The notes under the pieces were generated by a model. That model did not search any database. It had not been told where the DNA came from and saw only the letters and a list, made by a program, of their open reading frames with translations. Of a stretch of 64,000 nt of DNA, positions 1 to 11,059 are shown one piece after another. The stretch is from Antedon mediterranea (lineage: Eukaryota; Animalia; Echinodermata), in assembly GCF_964355755.1 (NCBI RefSeq), contig NC_092673.1:23123648-23187647 (forward strand), read 5' to 3'. The stretch's first letter is position 1. Each line of letters begins with the position of its first letter. The translations under genes and the position numbers were made by a program.

Positions 1-232
1 GGTTGGCTGCTGGGCCGACAAAGCGCAAGAACTTGTTATGGGTCCGATCAATTCTGGAGGCTTTGAGAAGCAGAGAGTGAATTGTAAATAATTGAACAGA
101 AATTAAAAGATGGTTGGACGAGGGAAAGATAAAGCGCACGTTTGGTGTATGGAGAAAAATGTTTGCAATTGCGCCACATCAGCCCAAGCAGCCTATTGGC
201 CTTTCTGACAACATGATCAACGCCGCACATTA
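1..232 (-). mobile_element. LINE (CR1/L2-type) reverse transcriptase C-terminal remnant
   Basis: VDHVVRKANRLLGLMWRNCKHF..KRALYLSLVQP..FCSIIY, then after a frameshift IDRTHNKFLRF; this matches the conserved post-RT 'KAxRxLG...LYxSLVxP...ERVQxKF' block of non-LTR ORF2. Confidence 0.8.
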
Positions 233-571
233 AAAGCATGCACATTAGAATACTTAATTTGATAGCAACATTATTGCGCCCCAAATTTATGATAAATAAA
301 TTATCCATTATCAGTAAAAAAAATAAGTAAAGTACTCACTTTAAAAACGCTAGCACATATGAGAACACTTAGCCAAACGAACATAGTAAACATTGAAATA
401 AAAACAAGAGAACACGTTTTTGCTATCTAAAATCAACAAATAATGGTCATATTCCGTCGGTAAGAAACGAACTGTTAATGACACAGCGCACAGTCTAAAC
501 GTTCTTAATGTTCAGCAATCAGTCGTTCAAAATCATTTTCATTCTTGATATGCTTCGGTTTTTCTTCACCT

Positions 572-1063
572 TTACACAGGGCATCTGTTAGTCCAGGCAC
601 GTTGAACTCCATCATGGTGTCTTACCTTCCAAAAGAGATTGAAATTTGCTTTTGTTAAGTCTTCCGAGATATAAACCGGCATACCCTTCAGTTTGGATTT
701 GGCTGCAAACACATTGTTACGGGTCCTGATTGAATTGAACCGAACAATTATTGGCCTAGGCTTGTCAGTAATAGGACCGATTCGATGAGATACTTCAATA
801 TCGTCGGACTTGAAAGTGATACCCATTTTGTCGCGAATAACCTCCGCCACCAAATCATCAGTTGACTTTGTCGAGTCCTGTAAACCGTAGAATCTAAGGT
901 TATTGCGACGTGAATATTGTTCTAAATAGTCCAATCTGGTTTCAATATTACTGATTTGCTCCTGCAGCTTATCAAATGCTTTGTTTAATGTTTCAGTAAT
1001 AGAAGTAGTCAGCTCCTGAAGCAAGTCTTTCTTCAGCTTATCAACATCTAACTTCGGGGCCAT
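572..1063 (-). mobile_element. LINE ORF1p (coiled coil + RRM, L1/Transposase_22-like)
   Basis: LEQYSRRNNLRFYGL...IEVSHRIG...RPIIVRF...KSKLKG..VYISEDLT is the typical ORF1 motif set of CR1/L2-clade elements; ATG of MAPKLD at about 1063. Confidence 0.85.
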
Positions 1064-1987
1064 GATTACACTTACTTTTATACAGTACCACCACTGTTTT
1101 ACATATCGGGTCACAATCACAGCTGGTAATTTCGGCCAAATTTACTAATTTGCATAAGTGACGCAGATGTTTGGAAACCTTATTGAAGGATTTTGATTTG
1201 AATATGGCTAGCACAGTAATAGTTAACCTTGCAGTGCTTTCAACGGCGAGCCAATGGCAATAGATGCGGTATCATGGGGGTAAAATACTCACTGCTTATT
1301 TACACCGAAAAAAAAAAAATACTAAATATTAAAAACAGGGTAAAACATTTAAAATTGTATATAAAAGTAAAACTTACTAATGACAAGATGAAAAACATTC
1401 TTTTCGTTTTCTTTTTTGTCCCTTTTTCAGTAGTGTATCTAATTCACATGGATTCCAAACCTGATTGTCATGCTTGCCGATTGTACAGCAACTAGCAAGT
1501 CGCTGACAATACGTCACTTTGTTGCTGCATCCTTTTTTTCCTGTTGTTGAAATAATAACAATATGAATAACAAATGTGTAAATAATAGAGCACGGGAGCC
1601 AAGCCCATCGGGCACACAATTTGCAAATCCCGGCTATGTGAAGTGTTACCTACAAAAAAGTACCACGCCAGCCAATGCCGGGGAGAAAGCTATTATAAAT
1701 AATTGGCCTATTTGTACTAAGATAATAACGTAGTAATCTATCAAGATCAGTTTTAGGTTAAGTTAAGTCAGTATATTGTAAATGCACCAGCATCGCACGA
1801 TACAATCCCTAGCATGACGAATGTATAGTGATTCGTCAACCTAGAACTACGTATACATAACGAGTCATTCAGGTGCTTAAATACTATTCAAATGAGCCAC
1901 GCTATACGGCGACAGGTGCGAAAATTAAAATAATAATTAAATAATATTATATTGATGATAATATTTTATAAATATGGCATTACCCTG

Positions 1988-2475
1988 TCAATTTTCGCAT
2001 CCTTCTAGCTGGCATGATCCAGATGTAGATGTACACTGTAGGCCATATCGTCTGCAGCCACATTGAGGTGTACCACGTCCAGTCTTACAATTGCAATGTA
2101 TCATTTTGAGCAGATGAGGTGGTGCAGCATCCTCGGTTGTCATTTGTAGAACTAGGCGGTTGTATTCTTCCTTCCATCCCCACTCTGACATGGTCTATGA
2201 ATGATACAGATATGGTGTTGTCATAATCTGCAAATAAGAGCTTAGAACTTTATCATCACCAAGCAGCTTTTTAAAAGCTGCCTTTGAACGAAGGTTAGAT
2301 CCAAGTGCTTTCTTTAAGGGGAGATATCTGTCGCTGTTGTAGCTGATGCGTTGTCGGATCTAAAAATTATCCTATTGAAGCTTAGACGGGTATGATGCAA
2401 AAGGAGGATAAGAAGGTCTGTATCCTCTTTCTTCCAGACCTTCACAGACTATTTATTTCAAGTTGGATACCTCTA
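1988..2475 (-). mobile_element. Academ (AcademX) transposon remnant: XPG-like nuclease pieces plus C-terminal Cys-rich finger
   Basis: EDTDLLILLLHH (about 2390-2425), KAAFKKL, and WGWK...MTTEDAAPPHLLKMIHCNCK..CGCRRYGLQC..C..C, compressed by internal deletions. Confidence 0.75.
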
Positions 2476-2689
2476 GCATGAATTTCGTCTATCCTCTTCC
2501 TGTGACATTCCACACTTGATACTTAAGTAATCAGATTTGATACCATTTATACAAGTAGTTTCAATCACTTTGGTAACTCTTAAACCAGTTACAATATTTA
2601 CTACAATTTTACATTTTTTATTAATGTTGAAAAATATGATTTTTAATCTTTGCTTTTGTTTCTTTGTTTTTCATGTACAAGCTATGTAA

Positions 2690-2890
2690 ATATGCCAGTT
2701 TGCATAGTATATTGCGTTACCACCAGGCAACTCATCGAGAGCTAAAACTATAGAAATTTTGTCAGCAGTACGCTAATGTGTATCTAATTCACATGGATCC
2801 CATCCTGGGTTGTCGCATCAAACCCGATCGTCATGCTTGTCGATTGTACAGCAACTAGCAAGTTGCTGACAATACCCAGCTCTCTTGCTG
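2690..2890 (-). mobile_element. Fragment of an unclassified DDE/RNase H-like transposase
   Basis: Manual translation ARELGIVSNLLVAVQSTSMTIGFDATTQDGIHVN*IH...IVLALDELPGG (hydrophobic strand ending in D); a partial second copy lies at 1432-1512. Confidence 0.5.
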
Positions 2891-3484
2891 GATCATTGTG
2901 GAATGGTTTTCAATTTGAATTTGGTAAACAAGATTCCATGTGTAGGTAGCATAATCAAATTCAGTGATAGTGGGCTCACTTCAGGTGCACCATCCTTCGC
3001 TATGCCGTGTTGTTGGCGTGGTGGGTGACAAGACGGTGGGGACTTCTTTCCTCGTACCCATTTTTTAATTTGGTGGGTTCTTTGGCCTAGTACCACCACT
3101 TGATTTCGGCTGCTTATTTGTTTTTTTCAATGAATCGGTGTCTGCAGTGCTTGTATTTGTGGTCATCAACCACTCCTTATAGAAACTGCCACCGCCAGCG
3201 TTTTTAGCCCAATTCGATGTTTTTATTAAAGCTGATTGAAACTATGTATGTGATCTGATTTATATGTAATTTAGACTAAAATAATCATAAAGATTTTAGC
3301 TTTACAATGGTATCATTGATTTTCAAATCGCAATATGTAAATCGTAATAGTAAAATAAAAGTAACCCACTTTTTGAGTTTTTTGTAGTTTCGCGCAAGAA
3401 AGTCGAGATATTCGCGATTTTGTGCAAGACAAACTTCTAATCTTCATTCGCTAACTGATAACAAAACGTATAAAATAGTTACTG

Positions 3485-4122
3485 GAAAATGTGGTGAATG
3501 TTTAAAAAACATACTTTCTTTAGATTCAATATATTCATGTGCTAATTGTTCCTAAGATTTTCATGCAAATTGTGTAATTGATAATCAAAATCAGGAAAGT
3601 AATTGGCTTTGCCATTGTTGCTTCTTTAAAATTGCACTTAATGAACTTCCTTTTAATGATGGGTTAATTGACCTTAGATGCCCCCCTGATAAAGGTTTTA
3701 GAATTGGTCATCTAAACATTCAATGATCATTTAAGAGCTTTTTTACACACAAACAAATTTGACATACTGTGTATCTCTGAATCATGGCTTACTAACAATA
3801 TGCTATGTCAAATGTGGTATTGTACACAAAGAGGTAAATACTCTTAGACATGATGATATTGAGGCTCTCTGGGTTGAAGTTAATCTACCCTATACAAAAC
3901 CTATGCTAGTTGGAACTGTATATAGACCACCCAGTGCAAATGCAGACTATTTATCTAAACTAGATTTGATGTTCCAGCAATGTACCACACTATATGAGGA
4001 TGAACCTAAGAAAAATTAATAATTTGGTAAAACAAAGTAGCCTACACCAAATTGTAAAGGATTTTACAAGGATAACTGAAATTACTAAAACAACAATAGA
4101 TTTAATATTTGTTACAAATCCC
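3485..4122 (+). mobile_element. CR1-type LINE remnant: PHD finger plus AP endonuclease
   Basis: KCGEC...CANC..FHANC....WLCHCC (PHD), then IGHLNI, DILCISESWL, IEALWVEV..KPMLVGTVYRPP, QIVKDFTRIT..TTIDLIFVTNP (APE); has stops, frameshifts and deletions. Confidence 0.85.
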
Positions 4123-4172
4123 ATATATATATATATATATAAATCTAAATGGTAATACAAATCCTTCTACTA

Positions 4173-4600
4173 CTAGTTATCATTTTCCAATAAAATGACT
4201 AATTTTGATATTGGACATTCAAATACAGAATTCTTTGTCTGTACTTCAACAATTCTAACTACTCCGTTGCTATCTGGTTTAACTTTTGTTATCTTTCCTA
4301 ATAGCCATACATTCCTAGGTGCTGCATTGTCGACTACAAGTACGACATCACCAGGTTCAACATTTCTCTTTGATCTCATCCATTTCTGTCTCTCTTGTAA
4401 GGCCGGCAAATACTTTCAGCCATCTTCTCCAAAACACGTCTGCCATACTGAACTTGCTTCCAACGGCAACAAGCATAGATGTCGTTCTTTTGGAATAATC
4501 CTGGAGGTAAACTTGTTAAGTAGGAGTAGATGATTTGGCGTGAGAGGTTCCAGATCATTATGTTCACCTGAGACGGATGTTAATGCTGCTTCAGCATTGA
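4173..4600 (-). mobile_element. BEL/Pao LTR retrotransposon integrase C-terminus (DUF5641-like)
   Basis: DLEPLTPNHLLL; RWKQVQY; LPALQERQKW...NVEPGDVVLV..APRNVWLLGKI..DSNGVVRIVEVQT..PISKLVIL. Confidence 0.88.
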
Positions 4601-5667
4601 AGATAGGATGCCAATCCACAAAAACCTTTGTAATGCTTCGGCGGCATAGCTAGCGCGCGACCGATACACAATGCGCCAACCCATCGCTCTACGCGCCTGT
4701 GATGTGCGGTGTATGTTATTTCGACAGGTACCAATTTGACAGTCGTTTGTAACCAGATTAGTTACTTTCAAATAATAAAATACTGACGGTTCAGACCGAA
4801 TATAGTGTCCATATTTATAGTATACCAACAATTAACCTATCTACCGCATTTCGTAAAAAAACACGAAACACGAAAGTCAAGCGTTGTGTTTCCAAACACG
4901 AAGATCTTTGTGTTTGGCAGTCAAAGTGTTAAAATAGTCTTGTGATTGATCACGGGAAACGTAGGCATTAGTACAGCTTCAATAGTTTGAAATAGTGGTC
5001 AACATCATCCACCGCAATGTTGGTAAGATTGGAAGAGATGCTGGAGAAGTTGGCGATGATGGTGATGGTGATGGTGATGTTATTCTTTTTAACATTAAAG
5101 ATTTGAGGAATCTTTCTCTTCAACTCCCTTTGATAAGCCTTGAGTATTAAATTTGAAAATAGAAATTAGAAACAAAAAAGAATATATAATTTAATTATTT
5201 CTCTTTCTCTTTGTCGATATTTTTTGTCTGCTTCTTTTCAATAGTTAGATTATACAATTTCACTGACTACAAAAATTAGCTTCTACTTAATATTGGCTTG
5301 ATGAAATACTTTATATTAATTTAAACTTCTCTGTAATACTTGGTTATGCTAAATAGTTTCAGATTGTAATTTGTATTCTTTTTACAATTCTACTAAATAG
5401 CAGATTCAAATAAAAGTGTGATACAGTACACCATCTGCGCCACCCAGGAGCATTTGTTAAATTCCAGAGGAATGCATTTGATACTTTTGTAATAAACTTT
5501 TGTTTAATATTTGTTTCTTTGTGATAAGCTTCTGTTTATCTTCAAGATTCTACTAAATATTTTATGTTTACATTTTCTTTAAAATTCTCTTTGTGTTGTG
5601 CTAAAATATTCTTTATTCGGTTACCCCTCGTAGATGCTCTCTTTTGAAGAACCTCATCTGGTTTTGG

Positions 5668-5820
5668 ATACCGCATAATTTAGGATACCAAACTCCATAG
5701 CTTCTTAAATTTGATGTACTCCGAGTGGATAGTGGGAAGTCTAAGCACCACACTGCATGTGTTTATTGTGGGCAATTCTGTAAATGTTGTTATTGGGATG
5801 CTGGTGATTCCGCTAATTTG
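5668..5820 (-). pseudogene. HECT E3 ligase C-lobe fragment (G2E3-like)
   Basis: Manual translation GITSIP...FTELPTINTCSVVLRLPTIHSEYIKFK/(frameshift)AMEFGILN resembles the HECT catalytic LPxxxTC..L.LP motif. Confidence 0.6.
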
Positions 5821-6039
5821 ATGGCTTGTTCAGAGCCTAAACCTGTCCATTTGCCTTCAGGTCACTTTGGAAGAATGTGTTGCCTGGGTCTGCCTTTGTT
5901 GCTGCATCCTTTTTTTCCTCTTGTAACATACAACAATCACAACATGTCTATCAATGAGGTACATGTCTTACCTGGACAAGTTGGGTATAAAGAAATTTGT
6001 TTCTCTATAAATCGATCATTGTGTATGATCCGAATTTGG

Positions 6040-6237
6040 CTGTACAGTCTTACAATTGCAATGTATCATTTTGAGCAGATGAGGTGGTGCAGCATCCTTG
6101 GTTGTCATTTGTGGAACTAGGCAGTTGTCTTCTTCCTTCCATCTCCACTCTGATAACACCATATCTGTATCATTCATAGACCATGTCATAATCTGACCTT
6201 TGACTATGAAAATCGGTTGCACAATTAGGCCCAACAA
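6040..6237 (-). mobile_element. Academ C-terminal remnant (second copy of the 2082-2215 segment)
   Basis: GQIMTW...EWRWKEEDN.LVPQMTTKDAAPPHLLKMIHCNCK; nucleotide similarity to 2082-2215. Confidence 0.72.
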
Positions 6238-6239
6238 AT

Positions 6240-7785
6240 TACGAATACGAATAGAACTTTATTGCAATCAAACGAAAGATTGAAAGGTAGAACATACAAT
6301 CAAATTATTAAAACAAAATTACAATTAAATATCACTTATTATAAACACAATAAATATATATTCAAAATGTTAACAAATTTAAAAGAGCGTCAGTGGTAGA
6401 CACACCCTTAGAGCAACCAAATTGATTCAACTTGATTTTATCTTTAATTTAGACCCAAATCATTTCCCCTACGATCCCTTCAATAACTTTCATGGTGGTG
6501 GAAGTCAACGAAATAGGACGCAAGTCATTCTCAAGAACCTAAGGTGGGTTAACCTTTGGAATGGGGATTATATCGGCTGACTTCCAAAGGATGGGGAGAA
6601 CCCCTTTCCTTAAACTGGAGTTATTGCACTTATTGGCTTGGAAAGGACATTGGCAAAATCATGTAGTACCCACGGAGTGATTCCGTCTGGGCCTGGGGCT
6701 TACAGTATTACATTTCACAAGTTTAAGCTTAGACTCAATTGTCTCTGGCGTGATAATTAAATGGGGTGGAACTACAGTGTTACTATCATTGGTTTTTGGT
6801 TCAAGGGGTTTGAACTCAGAAGTAAGGGACTGGAAAAAAACCACTAACTTTCGTGGTAAGATCGTATACGTTACCGTTACATTTCTGGTTTGTGTAGTCT
6901 ATTACTTGCCTAGCTTACCTGGATAAACCGACAAATGCCAGTGTAGCACCGGACTAGGTACTAATCGGCGGTGGGAGACAAGCTACCAATGAGCTTTGTG
7001 TGTCCATCACTGATGTGGCTACAGGCGCAAGGTTTGCGGAGCTGTCCAAGGTAATGTGTTCACCATCATGCCTCTGTGGACAGATGGTGCACAACAGCGG
7101 CACAGGTAACGTTCGGTTTCCCAAGTCCGTGCATCGATTCACAACTCTTTAGTGGCTCTGACGATATCCTTTTCAAAAGAGCACCTCGCTCACCGAGGGC
7201 TCTGATTCGATGCAGTTCATTAACTACTAGCTGCACCCTCCACAATTACCTCCGACTTGGTTCTAAGGTAAGAGCGAACACCTTGCCTCAGCATTTACCT
7301 GGCGCAATTGGCGGTCCAAATGCTATTATAAGCAGGCTATTACGATAAAAATCACCTCTCAAAGATTTAGCCATTCGGTTAGATAAATTTCTAAGTTTCT
7401 TATATTCGGCAGACATGGGGTCAATTGCAAAAGCTGCTTGCCGTCTAGAAACCTTTAAACGCATTATTTACCCATGGCTTCTTTAAGAAGTCTTTTAATC
7501 GTTACTTGGGGGAAGTGTAAATTTAAGAGTTCAGAAATGTTCTTATGATACAGTTCAAACTGGTTACAGCATCCATACATTCAATATAGATCTTGCCATC
7601 CAATGTTGTTAATGTCGCGTTCGAAGTTTTCCTTGGCACCCGGTTTACAGCTACGTTTTGTATGGTAAGCGAAGACGTTAGGCGACTTAAATGTTCCTAC
7701 GATTGGGGTGCATACGATGACGTTGTGATCAGACAGTCCTAAAGGTGATTCTTTAGTAGGTGCATTAAAAACATCGCTCATCGCT
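6240..7785 (-). mobile_element. Degenerate LINE ORF2 (endonuclease end, linker, RT start) with 3' tail, interrupted by an unrelated GC-richer segment at about 6900-7330
   Basis: PLGLSDHNVI (APE end); NSSLRKGVLPILWKSADIIPIPKVNPP...DLRPISLTSTTMKVIEGIV (RT domains 0-2); AATAAA plus (TATTCG)n-like tail near 6240-6263. Confidence 0.75.
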
Positions 7786-7959
7786 TTAAGTCGTGACTCC
7801 CATATGCCTATAAGTATACTAACATTGCTACAGAGTAGACTAAAATATGAATATATAATAGTGATTCGTTATTAAGTTCAGACCAAACTCAATAAGATAG
7901 GTGTTCACGAACATACATGATGATCCCTCCGCCGCTGCGATTTTGCCTATCATGTCGCG

Positions 7960-8118
7960 TCGTTGTAGCTGATGCTTTGTCGGATCTAAAAATTATCTTA
8001 TTGAAGCTTAGACGGATATGATGCAAAAGGAGGATAAGAAGGTCTGTATCCTCTCCTATGAGTGTGACTGATTTATTTCTTCCAGACCTTCACAGACTAT
8101 TTATTTCAAGTTGGATAT
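7960..8118 (-). mobile_element. Academ XPG-like nuclease fragment
   Basis: NKSVTLIGEDTDLLILLLHHIRLSFNKIIFRSD; near-identical to 2335-2475. Confidence 0.7.
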
Positions 8119-8390
8119 CTCTGAGGCGATCCCTGACAATGGCCAGGCAGTCAGGCGCAGGGATCGGATGTTTGTTAGTAAGAGATGTGCTGTGCCCTGC
8201 GATAGAAGGTCCGCTCGGACCGGTAGTTGCAGTGGGTGATCGTACAGTAAGCTGTAGAGGAGTGGGAACCATGACTGGCGCGTCCAGTATGGAGCCACTA
8301 GGAGCACACGGCAGTGATGGCGATGAACATGCGACAACACGAGCGGAAGGAGAGAGATCGGTGGGAACGCATATGCCACGCTTGAGCTTC
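8119..8390 (-). mobile_element. DIRS1-type retrotransposon pol C-terminus (methyltransferase-like region)
   Basis: AYAFPPISLLPLVL...VLLVAPYWTRQSWFPLL...LPVRADLLSQ...LRLTAWPLSG is the canonical DIRS1 motif string. Confidence 0.88.
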
Positions 8391-8907
8391 TTGGAACCGG
8401 CTGCAATAGGTCGAAAGCTGAGCGTTCCGCGCCGTCGCAAAAAGGCCTACGAGCGAGAATTAACCGAAATTGCACTATAAGAAGCCAAGTAACATCCACA
8501 AATAAGGATGGAGTGAGTTGGTGGGAGAAAGCAGCAGAACAACTAACAATCTTTGGGAGTGTAGCTGCTTTTCAAAGATAAGATTAGTTTCTCAAAACAT
8601 GTCGCATTCAAATTTAAAAGGTACTGATTTTATTCATTCATAATTACTGTTGGGTATATTAATGTCAGCAAGTTGCCTTATCAAATATGCAACAAAATAA
8701 ACCTGACATTACTTACAACATTGCTTTCAGACAAGCCAAGTGACGCTGGGTGTGTTGCTGCGCCAATTTGAATACTGTGCCCTTTGTATTTAGAAGGATC
8801 CAGGCCAATAAATGAGATAGCTCTGTTAATTTTGCCGAAATGAACTGAGTTGAAACCAATATACCAGTGGTATGCCTAAAATGACCAGTGTGTCGACATT
8901 ATCCTTA

Positions 8908-10380
8908 AGCCTATTTTACACTAGACGAATTTATTCGCGCGACACAAATTATTTCGCGGCGAAAAAGTTTGTACGATTGTATATTTTATTTTACACTAGC
9001 AATTCGTGATTCGATTCGCTCGGTAGTTTTCGCGCCATTAGCGATGATTAGCGCGAAATGAAAATGGCTGCAGTGAATGTTAGACAACAGACACGGATGC
9101 ATCAATTTAGAAGAAGACGACGGTTTTGGGTAAGGAAGATATATGAAGAACGTGAGCAAAAGGGAGAATTCCATCTTCTCGTTTGTCTGAGATACTTACT
9201 GACTGGAGATGCACAAGTAACAATAGGTGCAAGTTACCACATGAGCCCAGCAACAGTAGGAATTATAATAAATGAAACGTGTAATGTTCTCTGGACGGTC
9301 CTAAACCAGGAAGGTTACATCAAACACCCATCGTCGGAGGATGAATGGAAATGTATTGCCAATTTACTTTGATAGATTAATAGTCATTTGGGGTATGCTA
9401 TTGAAAATAATTTGTTACACATCCCAGGACCACGACGGCTCCCAAATTCAGACAAACGTCTTCCATTTGTATTTATTGGAGACGATGCATTTGGATTGAA
9501 ACCCTATATGATGCAACCATTTCCGTCACAGAATTGATCTATGGATAAACGCGTCTTACGAAGGGCCATTATTGCCAGTGTACAAAAAGTATCCTAATCA
9601 CAAAAGCCATTGTTGTAATTCATAACTTTTTGATGAAAACAAATGCAATTAATAATAACAATTATTGTCCACCAAACTTTGTTGACCGTGACGGACCATC
9701 CGGATTTACAGGAGGGGATTGCAATCTATGCAGCGACTTGGTTCTAACAATTATTCAAACAATGCTGCTACAGTCCAACAAGACTATATGCATTATTTCA
9801 ATAATAAAGGGCAAGAATGGTAAAGGCAACTGGTGAATCGTACTGTAACTTCACGCGATGTGTTTTTAGATGAATGAACTACTGGAGAGTGATTTATCAA
9901 CGTTGATACAATACAATATAAAACTAAACTCAATTGTGACTACACTGGCATCAGTGAATGTTCATCATAGCAGAATTGTATTAAGTGGATCCGATGACTG
10001 ACGCCCCTTTGACTCGTGTCTGTTTTTAGGAGGGGGTGCCGGTGTTTCAGTAATTTTTCGTTTGGCACAAACAATCGGATTGTTAATACTAGTATCACTG
10101 GATGTTGCTGCATCATTTTCAATGGTCCCTGGTTCTGGTTGAAGGTTGCTTTTGGTGGGTTTGTTAGCTGTGCGGTCATGTAAAAACCTCATTTGTTCGA
10201 CTTTGGCAACACCGATGCGTCAGCACCAGATCTCGTCAGTTGGGTTCGCTTGTCTAGGCATTTCTTCAAACTGTTCTTCATTTGCTTCTGCAAGAACTCA
10301 ACTGAAAAAAAAGAAAAACACTTTTTCGTCGCGGCGAAAAATTTGCATACGGATAAAACTTGTTGGATGTTTTGCCAGCG
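8908..10380 (+). mobile_element. PIF/Harbinger element, decayed: transposase on + (9058-9840) and convergent MADF/Myb-type partner on - (about 9960-10300)
   Basis: TTA|AGCCTATTTTACACTAG terminus at 8908. Transposase motifs RRFWVR..GEFHLL, LRYLLTGD, IINETC..LW, LPFVFIGDDAFGL..YMMQPF, IVVIHNFL. Partner: KNSLKKCLDKRTQLTRSGADASVLPK..EQMRFLHD..PTKSN after a ttttcag acceptor. Right TIR not found. Confidence 0.85.
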
Positions 10381-10499
10381 ACAAAAGATTTATAATACTA
10401 TGCTACATGCGTAATTGAGGAGACCCACCATCGATATATATAACGATTACTGTAGTACATTTTGGCAAACGTCCGAATTTTTTGGACATTTCTCGCATT

Positions 10500-10840
10500 T
10501 TAGATGATAAGGCCGTACTGAAAGACTCAAATATATTACAGGATCGACTGGCACCCATTGGGAGGCAGCAGTCATAGTAGTACCCAAAAGATGACATTCA
10601 TTCATTCATTCATCTTTTTATTTTGGAATATCATGGTGAATTGAAATTATTTCGAAAGGCCTCCTCAATGTCAGTTTTCGACATCAATTGAACCGGGCCC
10701 GTTATTTAGTACTAAAGCAATAAATAGTGTTGTAACTTACTTGCGAGACTTCATGAGCAATACCGGAAGCCCTGCATGGGTACGACAAGTCCTGGATTAT
10801 ACGAAACTTACCCGATTCCGCATTTCGGCACAAGGAATTC
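10500..10840 (-). mobile_element. Ngaro/DIRS-like tyrosine-recombinase retrotransposon RT fragment
   Basis: ESGKFRIIQDLSYP...GI..E..VSY and YYYDCCLPMGASRSCNIFESFSTAL. Confidence 0.78.
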
Positions 10841-11059
10841 CTCAAATAGAGGCATTGTAAAATAAGTAAGTAATTAGCATGTACAAACAAAATTGTTATT
10901 ATTAAATAACATTGGTTAACAAAAAATCAACAGCAAATTATTGAAATAATGGTGGCTAGATTTTAACGAAAATGATAAAGTAAAAAGCAGAAAAATACTA
11001 AATTTAAAATTGTATATAAAAGTAAAACTAACTAATGACTTTAATGTATTCCAAGTATA

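Noticed and set aside
8058-8480. 140-aa plus-strand ORF and overlapping 116-aa ORF
   Set aside because: Antisense or alternate-frame shadows of the GC-rich DIRS and Academ fragments; no motifs.
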